Shown: positions 48,821 to 57,709 of the stretch, piece by piece
Layout of the letters: each line of letters opens with the position of its first letter
Numbering within the stretch: position 1 is the first letter of the stretch
From: Rikenellaceae bacterium
GTDB lineage: Bacteria > Bacteroidota > Bacteroidia > Bacteroidales > Rikenellaceae
Direction: 5' to 3'
NCBI GenBank assembly: GCA_031548515.1
Contig: JAVBRB010000014.1
Location: 7,614 to 71,613, forward strand
DNA length: 64,000 bases
Made by a program: the position numbers and the translations under genes
The notes under the pieces: model-generated
Seen by the model: the letters and a program-made list of their open reading frames with translations, nothing else
What the model was told of the DNA's origin: nothing
The model's database searches: none

Positions 48821-50160
48821 GCGGAGGTTGTATTGATGAACGGCAGGCGGACTGTGAATGTTTGGCCGTCGTTCGTAACTTCTATGTTTTTCCCTGTCAG
48901 CAGCAGCCAGCGGTTCGACAGATTCTCAAGCCCTATGCCGGTGCCTTTCTCGGGATCGATCTTCGGGTTTATGGGGTTCGACACGACGAGGTAGCCGCCT
49001 TCGGTGCGTATCGAGATGTGCAGAGGCTTCGACCGTGTGATACTGTTGTGTTTCACGGCGTTCTCTATGAGCGGTTGTATCGAGAAAGTGGGCAGCGTCC
49101 AGTCCAGCTTTCTTTCCTCTATGTCTATGTCTATAAAAAGTTTCTCGTCGTAGCGTATCTCGAGCAGATATTTATATGCATTCACGAATTCCAGTTCGTC
49201 GTGCAGCGTTGTGGTCGTGTGCGGTTCGTTCTGTATGGTGTAGCGGAAAGTGTCCGAAAGCCGGTCTATGTAAGTGACGGCCGCTTCATCCTCGCCCTCG
49301 CGCACCAGAGAAGACAGCGAATTGAGCGAGTTGAACAGGAAGTGCGGGTTTATCTGGTTGATAAGCGTGTTGTAGCGCGCTTTCAGGTTCTCATTCTTGA
49401 GCTGTTCGTTTTCGAGCATGATATCCTCCCTCTGGTAGATGAGTTGGTATGTACGGCCGTAAAGCAGGGCGAATACCAGCACGAACGAACATTTCATGAC
49501 GTCTATCGGGTCCGCCACGAGTTTACCCTTATAGATGTTCATGGCTTCGATGATTAGTTCCCCGGTGCGGTATTTCATGACCGGAAGCAGGAAATAGAGT
49601 CCTGCGGAGATAATGATGCAGTATACCGCCCGCTTCAGGTAAAATCTCAGGCCTAGATCGTTCCTTCCGCCGATGGTCATCACGCAGAGCATGATGAGCG
49701 CGAACAGGAAATAATATCCGAACTGAAGGCCCATGACCAGATTGTCGCTCGGACGGTTGTATAAAGCGCCGTAATCGAACGGTTCGTCGTTGACTTCAAG
49801 CACTTTCCAAAGGAATTTGTTGGCTCCCGGGGTTTGGGAATCGCGTGCTGTTACGGTCAGCGTGCTGCCGCTCTGCAGTTCGAGGCGGCGTATCACCCCT
49901 GCATTGACATAGATGCTGTCGCCGTGGCTTTCGTCCAGGTAGCCTTCGCAGATGACATATCCGTATCCGTCCTTCGCTACATGCAGGGTCCCTTTATGAG
50001 GGGTTTCTTCTCCGCCTTCCGGTTGCCAGTGGGGCGTCCCGAAATCGCGGCGATCCTGTTCGCGGATCGCAAGCAGGTAGGAAAAGTTTATCACCAGGCT
50101 TATTACCAATGCCAGCAGGACGTTGATCGCGACAGCGTTATATTTCTTCGGGAGGGGCAT
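48817..50160 (-). CDS. LytS/YehU-type sensor histidine kinase with an N-terminal Rho-RNA-binding-like OB domain
   Basis: His_kinase motif NQINPHFLFNSLNSL and a HATPase domain. Four predicted TM helices. Residues ~57-130 resemble the Rho N-terminal OB domain. Confidence 0.85.
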   Translation of the reverse strand: MPLPKKYNAVAINVLLALVISLVINFSYLLAIREQDRRDFGTPHWQPEGGEETPHKGTLHVAKDGYGYVICEGYLDESHGDSIYVNAGVIRRLELQSGSTLTVTARDSQTPGANKFLWKVLEVNDEPFDYGALYNRPSDNLVMGLQFGYYFLFALIMLCVMTIGGRNDLGLRFYLKRAVYCIIISAGLYFLLPVMKYRTGELIIEAMNIYKGKLVADPIDVMKCSFVLVFALLYGRTYQLIYQREDIMLENEQLKNENLKARYNTLINQINPHFLFNSLNSLSSLVREGEDEAAVTYIDRLSDTFRYTIQNEPHTTTTLHDELEFVNAYKYLLEIRYDEKLFIDIDIEERKLDWTLPTFSIQPLIENAVKHNSITRSKPLHISIRTEGGYLVVSNPINPKIDPEKGTGIGLENLSNRWLLLTGKNIEVTNDGQTFTVRLPFINTTSA

Positions 50161-50216
50161 ATGTCATTGGGTTTAATCACTAAGGGTTAATTCCCCGCCG
50201 TTTGCGGCGTATCATA

Positions 50217-50224
50217 CAAATATA
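50217..50224 (-). promoter_or_regulatory. Bacteroidota -7 promoter box (TATATTTG) for the HK-RR operon
   Basis: Perfect TAnnTTTG about 57 nt upstream of the ATG at 50160 and downstream of the copy C terminator. Confidence 0.5.
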
Positions 50225-50254
50225 TGCCAATGTTGTAGAAAATGTCTTAAAAAG

Positions 50255-50506
50255 AAGGGTAAAACGGGAAAAAAGGCTGGTGAACCGAGGCAAGCCGAAA
50301 TTTGCCGGGTTCGCCGAAGAAGGTCATAAAACAGGGTACATTTCCTGAAACTTTGCTGCCAGGTAGTTTATTTCCTTTCAGTTGTTTTGCTTCGCAAAAT
50401 AATCATCGACCGAGTGCCGCCCGTCGGCCGCAGGCCGGAAGAGGCATCTTGCGAGGGAGATAACCAAAATGGTCGATTCCCCGCCGCTTGTGGCTGGGTA
50501 GTTCAT
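50255..50506 (-). repeat. Copy C of the structured repeat family (extended to its own terminator)
   Basis: The core 50381-50506 matches copy A almost block-for-block. The 3' extension ends in a terminator plus a CCGTTT motif homologous to copy T. Confidence 0.75.
50268..50313 (-). terminator. Intrinsic terminator ending the extended repeat copy C
   Basis: Minus-strand GCGAACCCGGCAA-ATTTCGGC-TTGCCTCGGTTC followed by ACCAGCCTTTTTT. Confidence 0.6.
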
Positions 50507-50541
50507 GGAGAGAGCTGTTTGTTTGCCTCAATAATTCTGAT

Positions 50542-50549
50542 TACATTTG
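50542..50549 (+). promoter_or_regulatory. Bacteroidota -7 promoter box (TACATTTG)
   Basis: Perfect TAnnTTTG 59 nt upstream of the ATG at 50608. Confidence 0.4.
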
Positions 50550-50607
50550 TCTGAATATAAAACCAAGGAAAAGACTGAACAGTCGAGATGTGAATAAAAC
50601 CGGTACT

Positions 50608-51294
50608 ATGAAGAAAACAATCATGCTTTTTGCTTGTATCGCGGCGGTTGTTGCGGCGGCCAGTGCGCAGGATGCCGATCGCGACTGGGCTAACTACAGG
50701 CATTACGGAAAGGCAAATGCCGAACTTAAAAAGACTCCTGACGTGGTTTTCATGGGTAACTCCATCACGCAGGGGTGGGCCGAACAACATCCGGCTTTCT
50801 TCACTGCGAACAACTACCTTGGCAGGGGGATAAGCGGACAGGTCACTGCGCAGATGCTCGCGCGTTTCCGCTCCGATGTACTGGAACTTAAACCGAAAGT
50901 CGTTGTTATACTTGCGGGGACGAACGATCTGGCACAGAACGACGGATATATTTCCATACCGCATATTGCCGGGAACATAGCTTCGATGGCGCAGTTGGCT
51001 CAGGCCAACGGAATTAAGGTCGTAATATGTTCGGTGCTTCCCGCCGCAAACTATTCATGGCGGCCTGCTGTTACGGAAGTCCCGCAGAAGATCGCCGAAC
51101 TTAATGGCATGCTCAAGGCTTGGGCGGCTGAAAACGGCTGTACCTATGTGGATTATTTCTCCGAAATGGAAGACGGCGACGGGGGGCTGCCCAAGGCGCT
51201 GTCCGGCGACGGCGTCCATCCCACGTCGGCCGGATACGACGAAATGGAGCGCATAATAACTCCCGTACTGGGAAAATTACTCCACAAACGATAA
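50608..51294 (+). CDS. SGNH/GDSL-family hydrolase (secreted)
   Basis: Start set at MKKTIMLFACIAAVVAAASAQ. Block I FMGNSITQGW and block V DGVHP. Confidence 0.8.
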   Translation: MKKTIMLFACIAAVVAAASAQDADRDWANYRHYGKANAELKKTPDVVFMGNSITQGWAEQHPAFFTANNYLGRGISGQVTAQMLARFRSDVLELKPKVVVILAGTNDLAQNDGYISIPHIAGNIASMAQLAQANGIKVVICSVLPAANYSWRPAVTEVPQKIAELNGMLKAWAAENGCTYVDYFSEMEDGDGGLPKALSGDGVHPTSAGYDEMERIITPVLGKLLHKR

Positions 51295-51311
51295 TTCCCC
51301 AATAAACACTT

Positions 51312-51761
51312 ATGAAAAGACCTTTGCTTCTCTCCGTCGTGTTCGTCTCCATGCTGGCCGTATCGTGCGGCGGATCGAAGAATGCCGGCCCGCAGGACGT
51401 CGCCGGCAAATTTGCCAAAACATTTTTCGTGGATATGAATCTGGAGGCTTCGCGCCGGTTCGTATCCGCAGAGCTGCTCGAAGAGTTTCCCGCGGCCGAC
51501 GAGATGAACGACCTCGAAAAACAGTTTGTCAAGATTCTGTTTGATCACGCTAAAGCGCACGGCTATAGATTTGAATACGACGCTGAAAGCAGCGCGATTG
51601 CTGAAAGCGCAGCCGATATATGTTATAAACTTACAGCCAAGGGCAATCCCGACTGGGAGGGTAAAGGCGAGGTCGATCTCGAAAAGGACGCTGACGGCAA
51701 ATGGACAGTGACTGACTATGAATTCGACCGCGACGAAAGCGCTATCGACTTCGGTTTTTGA
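51312..51761 (+). CDS. Hypothetical lipoprotein
   Basis: Lipobox MLAVSCGG. No family recognised with confidence. Confidence 0.5.
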   Translation: MKRPLLLSVVFVSMLAVSCGGSKNAGPQDVAGKFAKTFFVDMNLEASRRFVSAELLEEFPAADEMNDLEKQFVKILFDHAKAHGYRFEYDAESSAIAESAADICYKLTAKGNPDWEGKGEVDLEKDADGKWTVTDYEFDRDESAIDFGF

Positions 51762-51781
51762 CCGGTCATGTGAATTTCAGG

Positions 51782-51816
51782 AACGGAGGCTTTTATGGTC
51801 TCCGTTTTGTTTTTAA
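51782..51816 (+). terminator. Intrinsic terminator
   Basis: Hairpin AACGGAG...CTCCGTT followed by TTGTTTTT. Confidence 0.7.
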
Positions 51817-51900
51817 TGCTGGCTTTGACATGCAGAAAAATTCTGGCGAAATAATTGCGGGAGGTACATAGATTGATGTCGAATCTTAAAAGACAGGACC

Positions 51901-52458
51901 ATGACATTCATTATTAACATGGTTGCCGCGGCAACCATGATCTTTGCTGCGCCCGGTTGGGAAACGATCACGATCTACTGGGACGATATATCTCCCGAAG
52001 AGCAGGCTGGGATTCTGCGCTCCTCATATGTGCCGGCAAATGTGCGTGAGTATTATTTCCGCACAGAAAAGCCTTCCGACGACGAGGCGACTTTCGATGT
52101 ATTGAAAATAGTGTCGAACATTACTCCTCCCTGGCAGAAAAGGGCGCTTTACATCCATATTTTCGACCGGATACTCGAAAACGCCGACGGAGCATTAAGC
52201 GAAGTTATGGGGGAATATTGCCTGAGAATACTGAAATCAGATCCGGAATATGTGATGTATTATCTCAACGAGCAGTCCGGAACCATGCAGAGATTCGCTT
52301 CGGCCATAGCGTATGAATATTATGCCGACTCGAAACCGTCGGCTGACGATTTCCGGAAATGGCTGACAGATAAATTTACAGGGAATCCCGATCTCGGCCC
52401 GACGATAGAGGAATTTTGCGACGAAATAGATTTCCACCTGTTGCAGAACAGGGAATAA
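51901..52458 (+). CDS. Hypothetical protein
   Basis: Coding-like composition but no recognisable motif. The start is uncertain. Confidence 0.4.
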   Translation: MTFIINMVAAATMIFAAPGWETITIYWDDISPEEQAGILRSSYVPANVREYYFRTEKPSDDEATFDVLKIVSNITPPWQKRALYIHIFDRILENADGALSEVMGEYCLRILKSDPEYVMYYLNEQSGTMQRFASAIAYEYYADSKPSADDFRKWLTDKFTGNPDLGPTIEEFCDEIDFHLLQNRE

Positions 52459-52569
52459 TCAACCGCAGCAGGGAGGATCGTTTTTCTTACTGCCTTTGCC
52501 GCCGAACACGTATTTGCGTAATAGTTTCGCCGCGATCCAGATGACCACTGCACCTACTGCGAGCCACAT
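52459..52569 (-). CDS. FeoB-associated Cys-rich membrane peptide (36 aa, below ORF-track cutoff)
   Basis: Own translation: MWLAVGAVVIWIAAKLLRKYVFGGKGSKKNDPPCCG*. It has one TM helix plus a C-terminal Cys pair, and lies 24 nt downstream of feoB. Confidence 0.6.
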   Translation of the reverse strand: MWLAVGAVVIWIAAKLLRKYVFGGKGSKKNDPPCCG

Positions 52570-52593
52570 CGCTATGAATTGCCAATCCACGTT

Positions 52594-54960
52594 TTATACG
52601 ATAAGATTACCTATTGTATATACAAGGAACGCGGCCAACCATGCCACGACCGTATTGTAAACGACCGAGAACGCCGCCCATTTTGTCCCGCCGGCCTCTT
52701 TGCGTATGGCCGCAAGCGCCGCGAGGCATGGGAAATACAGCAGGGCGAATATCATGAACGACAGGGCCGAAAGCGGAGTCCAGTCGGGTTTTCCCGTGAC
52801 CGGATCGGGCTGCTTCAGCCTTTCCGGAAGGTTTTCAGTTTCGGCTTCGTAGTCGCTGTCGGAATAGAGTACCCCGAGCGTGCTGACCGTGATCTCTTTC
52901 GCCCCCACTCCGGCAACCAACGCCACGCTTCCTTTCCAAGGAATACCCAGAGGCCTCATCACCGGCTCAACGAATTTTCCGACGCGGCCCAGGTACGAAT
53001 GCTCTTTCTGTTCGGCATGCGTCATATCCCCGGTTCCTTGTGGATAGTAACTCAGCACCCACACGACGACGGCTGCCGCGAGTATCACGCCACCCATCTT
53101 ACGCAGATACTGCTTGCCCTTATCCCACATGTGCCGCAACGATGTGCCCATTGTCGGCAGGCGGTAGGGAGGAAGTTCCATTACGAACGGCGTATCGTCT
53201 TTTTTGAACATCGTTTTGCGAAACAGCACGGACGTCAGCGCAGCGACGGCTATTCCTGCTGCGTACATGCATATCAGCACGAGACTGGCCCGAGTTGGGA
53301 AGAAAGTCCCGATAAGAAGTATATAAATTGGCAGCCGCGCACTGCATGAAATGAACGGGCTTATCAGCACGGTGATGATACGGCTGCTGCGGCTTTCGAT
53401 GGTGCGCGCCGCCATGATGCCCGGAACATTGCAGCCGAATCCCATGATGAGCGGGATGAACGACTTGCCGTGCAAACCGATCTTGTGCATCACTTTGTCC
53501 ATGATGAATGCCGCCCGGGCCATGTATCCCGAGTCCTCCATGAACGATATGCACAGGAAAAGTATCATGATGTTGGGCAGGAAGACTATCACGCTGCCGA
53601 CGCCTCCGATTATCCCTTCGACCAGCAGGTCGCGGAAAGGCCCTGCCGGCATCATTCCGCTGATCCAGAGTCCCAGGGCTTCGACGCCTTTTTCTATCCA
53701 TTCCATGGGATACTGTCCAATGCGGAAGGTCGCTTCGAACATCAGCCACATCAGCAGGAAGAATATCGGGAATCCCCACAATTTGTGCGTCACCATGGCG
53801 TCGATTGCATGAGTGAGGGCCATTTGGTCATTGGTGCTGGGAGAATAGGTCTCCTTAAGGGCGCCTGCTATGAAACCGTATTTCTCGTTGGTAACAGCGG
53901 TTTCGATGTCCTCTCCGAGCGTCTTTTCCACCTTTCGGGCCTCGCGGTCGCGAACCGGAAGCCATTCTTTATAGTGAGGACATATTTCGAGCGACTTCTC
54001 CACATCGCTGTCTCCTTCGAGGAATTTCAATATTATATACCGGTGCGAGAACTGTTTAGGGAATAGCCCGAAGTCCTCTTTCATGACTTCTTTCAGGTTG
54101 TCGACAGCCTGCTCGATGGCCTGGCCGTGGTTTATGTGGATATGGCGGGTCTTGCCGCAGCGGTGCTCGTAAACGTCTATCACGGTGGACAGCAGCTTCT
54201 TGATCCCCTTGTTTTTTTTTGCCACTACCGGGACGATCGGCGTACCCAGCAATGTCTCCAACTGGGCTATGTCGAGTTTGGCCCCGCTCTCTTCCAGCTC
54301 GTCGTACATATTGAGAGCGATTACCATGTCCTGGTTGATGTCGATCAGTTCGGTGGTCAGGTATAGATTGCGTTCAAGATTGGATGCAGCGACTACGTTG
54401 ACTATGACGTCGGGAATGTTCTCCGTCAGATGGTGCCTGACATAAAGCTCTTCCGGGGTGTACGGCGAGAGCGCGTAAGTTCCCGGCAGGTCGTAGATCA
54501 CGAACTTGTAATCCTTGTAATGGAAGATTCCTCTTTTGGCGTCGACAGTCACTCCGCCGTAATTGCCGACATGTTCGTGGCCGCCGGAGATGGCGTTGTA
54601 GAGCGACGATTTGCCGCTGTTGGGATTTCCTACGAGGGCTATGTTTATCTGCTTTTTGCGTTCTGTGATGAGTTTATGGAGTGAGCGCTCTCCTGTATCG
54701 GCAGTAGACCCGTGGTTTTCAGGGGAGGAGGCTTCGTCTTCGGCGACGATCTCGATCATGGCGGCCTCATTACGGCGCAGCGACACCTCGTAACCCATCA
54801 ACTTGTATTTGATCGGGTCTTTAAGGGGTGCGTTGAGCAGCACTTCGACTTTCTGGCCGCGCACGAATCCCATCTCCATGATGCGGCGGCGAAAGCCTCC
54901 GTGTCCCAATACCTTTATAATATAGCCTGACTGGCCTGTTTCCAGATCCGAAAGCCTCAT
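52594..54960 (-). CDS. feoB: Ferrous iron transporter, FeoA-FeoB fusion
   Basis: Start set at MRLSDLETGQSGYIIKV (FeoA SH3-like domain). G-domain GNPNSGKSSLYN, then a polytopic permease. Confidence 0.95.
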   Translation of the reverse strand: MRLSDLETGQSGYIIKVLGHGGFRRRIMEMGFVRGQKVEVLLNAPLKDPIKYKLMGYEVSLRRNEAAMIEIVAEDEASSPENHGSTADTGERSLHKLITERKKQINIALVGNPNSGKSSLYNAISGGHEHVGNYGGVTVDAKRGIFHYKDYKFVIYDLPGTYALSPYTPEELYVRHHLTENIPDVIVNVVAASNLERNLYLTTELIDINQDMVIALNMYDELEESGAKLDIAQLETLLGTPIVPVVAKKNKGIKKLLSTVIDVYEHRCGKTRHIHINHGQAIEQAVDNLKEVMKEDFGLFPKQFSHRYIILKFLEGDSDVEKSLEICPHYKEWLPVRDREARKVEKTLGEDIETAVTNEKYGFIAGALKETYSPSTNDQMALTHAIDAMVTHKLWGFPIFFLLMWLMFEATFRIGQYPMEWIEKGVEALGLWISGMMPAGPFRDLLVEGIIGGVGSVIVFLPNIMILFLCISFMEDSGYMARAAFIMDKVMHKIGLHGKSFIPLIMGFGCNVPGIMAARTIESRSSRIITVLISPFISCSARLPIYILLIGTFFPTRASLVLICMYAAGIAVAALTSVLFRKTMFKKDDTPFVMELPPYRLPTMGTSLRHMWDKGKQYLRKMGGVILAAAVVVWVLSYYPQGTGDMTHAEQKEHSYLGRVGKFVEPVMRPLGIPWKGSVALVAGVGAKEITVSTLGVLYSDSDYEAETENLPERLKQPDPVTGKPDWTPLSALSFMIFALLYFPCLAALAAIRKEAGGTKWAAFSVVYNTVVAWLAAFLVYTIGNLIV

Positions 54961-55419
54961 CCGAATAAGATGCTTTTTGTGTCGTCGAAAAAATAAACCG
55001 TTCACGCAGCTATGGGTAGTCTCCGCCCTTGCGCGCCGGATGCAAAGTTAACTTTTTTTCACACCATGGCATCACTATTATCAGGTATTCTTCACTGGCA
55101 TCATGTCGCAGGCAGAAAAGCATGCTAACTTTTTTATCTGCCGCATTTTACATTTTAGGAATATACGCAGAGAATAAATCATGGCGTGTAATATCTTGAC
55201 TGTTAATTTATTATGTTTATGTGTCCATGCGCTCTACGGTTCATTTTATGTTGACTGCCTTTTGAATGGATAGCCAAAAACCTGTCGGGAAGGCATTCGG
55301 GACGCGATTCTACTCTGAAGAATCTATCATTTTGTATTGCAATTATTTGGAAAATACATTTTTTTGAATCAACTTTGCACGTAAGCTAAAGTCCAATTAA
55401 CTTTTTAATAATAACGATT

Positions 55420-55593
55420 ATGAAAAACTTAGTACCGAAGATCAACGCTGAAATCGAAAACTTCCAGACCAATGCAGCCCTTCAGCTCGAAAAGGGTAAC
55501 AAAGCTGCCGGAACCCGTGCCCGTAAGGCCGCTCTGGAACTCTCCAAGCTCCTGAAGGAATTCCGCAAAGTGTCTGTAGACGCTGCGAAGTAA
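55420..55593 (+). CDS. Histone H1/Hc1-like small basic DNA-binding protein (57 aa, below ORF-track cutoff)
   Basis: Own translation: MKNLVPKINAEIENFQTNAALQLEKGNKAAGTRARKAALELSKLLKEFRKVSVDAAK*. A strong terminator follows. Confidence 0.65.
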   Translation: MKNLVPKINAEIENFQTNAALQLEKGNKAAGTRARKAALELSKLLKEFRKVSVDAAK

Positions 55594-55620
55594 GCGGGGG
55601 ATCTCTCGATTACTTAATAA

Positions 55621-55653
55621 AAAAGGCGCCATGGTTAGCGGCGCCTTTTGTTA
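55621..55653 (+). terminator. Intrinsic terminator
   Basis: Hairpin AAAAGGCGCC-ATGGTTAGC-GGCGCCTTTT followed by GTT. Confidence 0.8.
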
Positions 55654-55701
55654 TTTATATGGGCGTCACGGTTTGGGATGCCTTTCGTTTTTAGAGTCGA
55701 A

Positions 55702-55735
55702 TAAAAAAGGGCGCTGAATGTGTTAACAGCGCCCC
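55702..55735 (-). terminator. Intrinsic terminator after yebC
   Basis: Hairpin GGGCGCTG...CAGCGCCC followed on the minus strand by TTTTTT. Confidence 0.75.
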
Positions 55736-55757
55736 CTGAATTTTTATTTCGAAGAGA

Positions 55758-56477
55758 TTATTCCTCTTCTTTCATATTGTGGAAGACGTTCACCACATCG
55801 TCGTCCTCTTCCAGTTTCTCAATAAGTTTCTCCATTTGTTCGCGCTGCTCTGGCGAGACATCCTTGGTTTCGGTCGGCAGGCGCAGAAATTCGCCGCTTA
55901 TAATCTCGTAGCCGTTGTCTTCAAGGTATTTCTGGATATCTCCGTAAGATTCGAACGGGGCTTCGATGGTGATGCCATCGTCCTCGACTTCCATTTCGTC
56001 TGCGCCGAAGTCAATAAGCTCCAGTTCCAATTCTTCGGGGTCGACGCCCTTTGTGTTGGCGAACTTGAACGTGCACTTATGGTCGAACATAAACGACACG
56101 CTGCCGCTGGTGCCGAGCGATCCGCCCAACTTGTTGAAGTAGCTGCGGACGTTGGCGACGGTGCGGGTATTGTTGTCGGTTGCGGTTTCGACCAATACCG
56201 CGATGCCGCCCGGGCCGTAACCCTCGAAGATGACCTCTTTGTAATCAGCCGTGTCTTTCGAAGTCGCACGTTTGATAGCCCTTTCGATGTTGTCCTTGGG
56301 CATGTTCTCCGACTTGGCAGTCTGGATAAGCACGCGCAGGCGGGTGTTGCCCGACGGGTCGGGACCTCCGGCTTTGACGGCTATCTCTATCTCCTTGCCG
56401 AGTTTTGTGAATACGCGGGCCATGTTGCCCCATCTTTTGAGTTTTCGCGCTTTGCGGAATTCAAATGCCCTTCCCAT
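55758..56477 (-). CDS. yebC: YebC/PmpR-family transcriptional regulator
   Basis: Start set at MGRAFEFRKARKLKRWGNMAR, the family-typical N-terminus. Confidence 0.9.
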   Translation of the reverse strand: MGRAFEFRKARKLKRWGNMARVFTKLGKEIEIAVKAGGPDPSGNTRLRVLIQTAKSENMPKDNIERAIKRATSKDTADYKEVIFEGYGPGGIAVLVETATDNNTRTVANVRSYFNKLGGSLGTSGSVSFMFDHKCTFKFANTKGVDPEELELELIDFGADEMEVEDDGITIEAPFESYGDIQKYLEDNGYEIISGEFLRLPTETKDVSPEQREQMEKLIEKLEEDDDVVNVFHNMKEEE

Positions 56478-56502
56478 GAGTCTTTGTTTCAATTTTGTGG
56501 CG

Positions 56503-56510
56503 CAAATATA
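56503..56510 (-). promoter_or_regulatory. Bacteroidota -7 promoter box (TATATTTG) for yebC
   Basis: Perfect TAnnTTTG 26 nt upstream of the ATG at 56477. Confidence 0.5.
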
Positions 56511-56607
56511 GTGCAAGCCGAGTGAAAACGCAAAACATATTTGCAGTTTTCCGAGGCGCCGCCTATATTCACGAAAGATGAATCTTTCGTAAAATTATAA
56601 AAAAAAG

Positions 56608-56615
56608 TAATTTTG
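56608..56615 (+). promoter_or_regulatory. Bacteroidota -7 promoter box (TAATTTTG) for tsaC
   Basis: Perfect TAnnTTTG 14-23 nt upstream of the two candidate ATGs (56629 and 56638). Confidence 0.45.
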
Positions 56616-56628
56616 CCTGTCTTAAATA

Positions 56629-57201
56629 ATGGGAAATATGAAGGAAGAGATATTGAAAGTCGTCGAAGTGCTGAAAAAGGGTGGGGTGATACTCTATCCG
56701 ACCGACACGGTATGGGGCGTAGGGTGCGATGCAACCAACGAGGAGGCCGTAGACCGCATATATAAACTCAAGCAGTCTCAGGATAAGCATGCGATGACCG
56801 TTCTGGTGTCATCGGTGGACGACGTAGGACGTTACGTACGCCGCGTTCCGGAAGTCGCGTGGCAGCTTTTCGAGGTGGCCGACAAGCCCCTTACGCTTAT
56901 CCTGCCGACCGGCTGTGGGGTCGCCCCGAACCTGATTCCCGAAACCGGAACAATCGGTATCCGCATACCGCAGCACGATTTTTGCCACCAATTGCTGCGC
57001 CGCCTGGGCTGTCCGCTGGTTTCGACATCAGCGAACATCTCTGGCGGATCCACTCCGCTCACGTTCGACGAAATTCCGGCCGAGATTAAGAAAGGTGTGG
57101 ACATGATCGTCGACCTCCGTTTCGAGGGACATCCGACGCGCCGGCCGTCGTCGATAATAATGGTAGGGCAGGGCGGCGAAATTAAAATTATACGGGAATG
57201 A
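56629..57201 (+). CDS. tsaC: L-threonylcarbamoyladenylate synthase (TsaC/YrdC family)
   Basis: GGVILYPTDTVWGVGCDATNEEAVDRIYKLKQ and STSANISG motifs. Confidence 0.85.
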   Translation: MGNMKEEILKVVEVLKKGGVILYPTDTVWGVGCDATNEEAVDRIYKLKQSQDKHAMTVLVSSVDDVGRYVRRVPEVAWQLFEVADKPLTLILPTGCGVAPNLIPETGTIGIRIPQHDFCHQLLRRLGCPLVSTSANISGGSTPLTFDEIPAEIKKGVDMIVDLRFEGHPTRRPSSIIMVGQGGEIKIIRE

Positions 57202-57605
57202 GCAAAGTTGTTATTACAGAGATACAGAAACGGTTCGCGGACGTCGACATTTTCGGACATGTCAACAACATCCGGCAGCAGGAGTTCTTCGATATCGGAA
57301 AGACAGATTACTACAATCAGGTTATCGGTTTCGACGTCCATTTCGACCGTGTGACGCTGATGATCGTGGCGATAAAGACCGATTTTCTGGGGCAGATACG
57401 CTACGGGGACGATGTCTATATCAAGACTTGGGTGAAGGCCGTCGGCACCAAGAGCGTCACTGTCGCCCAGCAGATAGTCTGCCGCCTGGAGGACGGGACG
57501 GAAGAGGTGCGCACGGCCGGCGAAACGATCCTCGTGACGTTCGACCGCAAGGAACAACGCACCGTCGAAGTGCCTCAATCATGGCGCGACAGGATAAGCG
57601 GGTAG
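57198..57605 (+). CDS. Hotdog-fold acyl-CoA thioesterase (4HBT/YbgC-like)
   Basis: 135 aa with the N-terminal DVDIFGHVNN motif. Overlaps tsaC by 4 nt. Confidence 0.7.
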   Translation: MSKVVITEIQKRFADVDIFGHVNNIRQQEFFDIGKTDYYNQVIGFDVHFDRVTLMIVAIKTDFLGQIRYGDDVYIKTWVKAVGTKSVTVAQQIVCRLEDGTEEVRTAGETILVTFDRKEQRTVEVPQSWRDRISG

Positions 57606-57709
57606 TGAAAATCGCTTTGCGGCATGTGAAAACGCAAACCGTCGAATCGGCAACCGGCGTCATGAATGATCCCTGCAATTACATATAGCGGGGGATCCGT
57701 ATATCCACT

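Noticed and set aside
50279-50320. The hairpins at 50282-50312 and 47049-47079 as chance similarity
   Set aside because: I did not dismiss them as chance. The two share TGAACCGAG on the plus strand plus the trailing CCGTTT motif, and they occupy the same position relative to the repeat core, so I treat them as homologous. This is recorded here because the stems themselves are imperfect.
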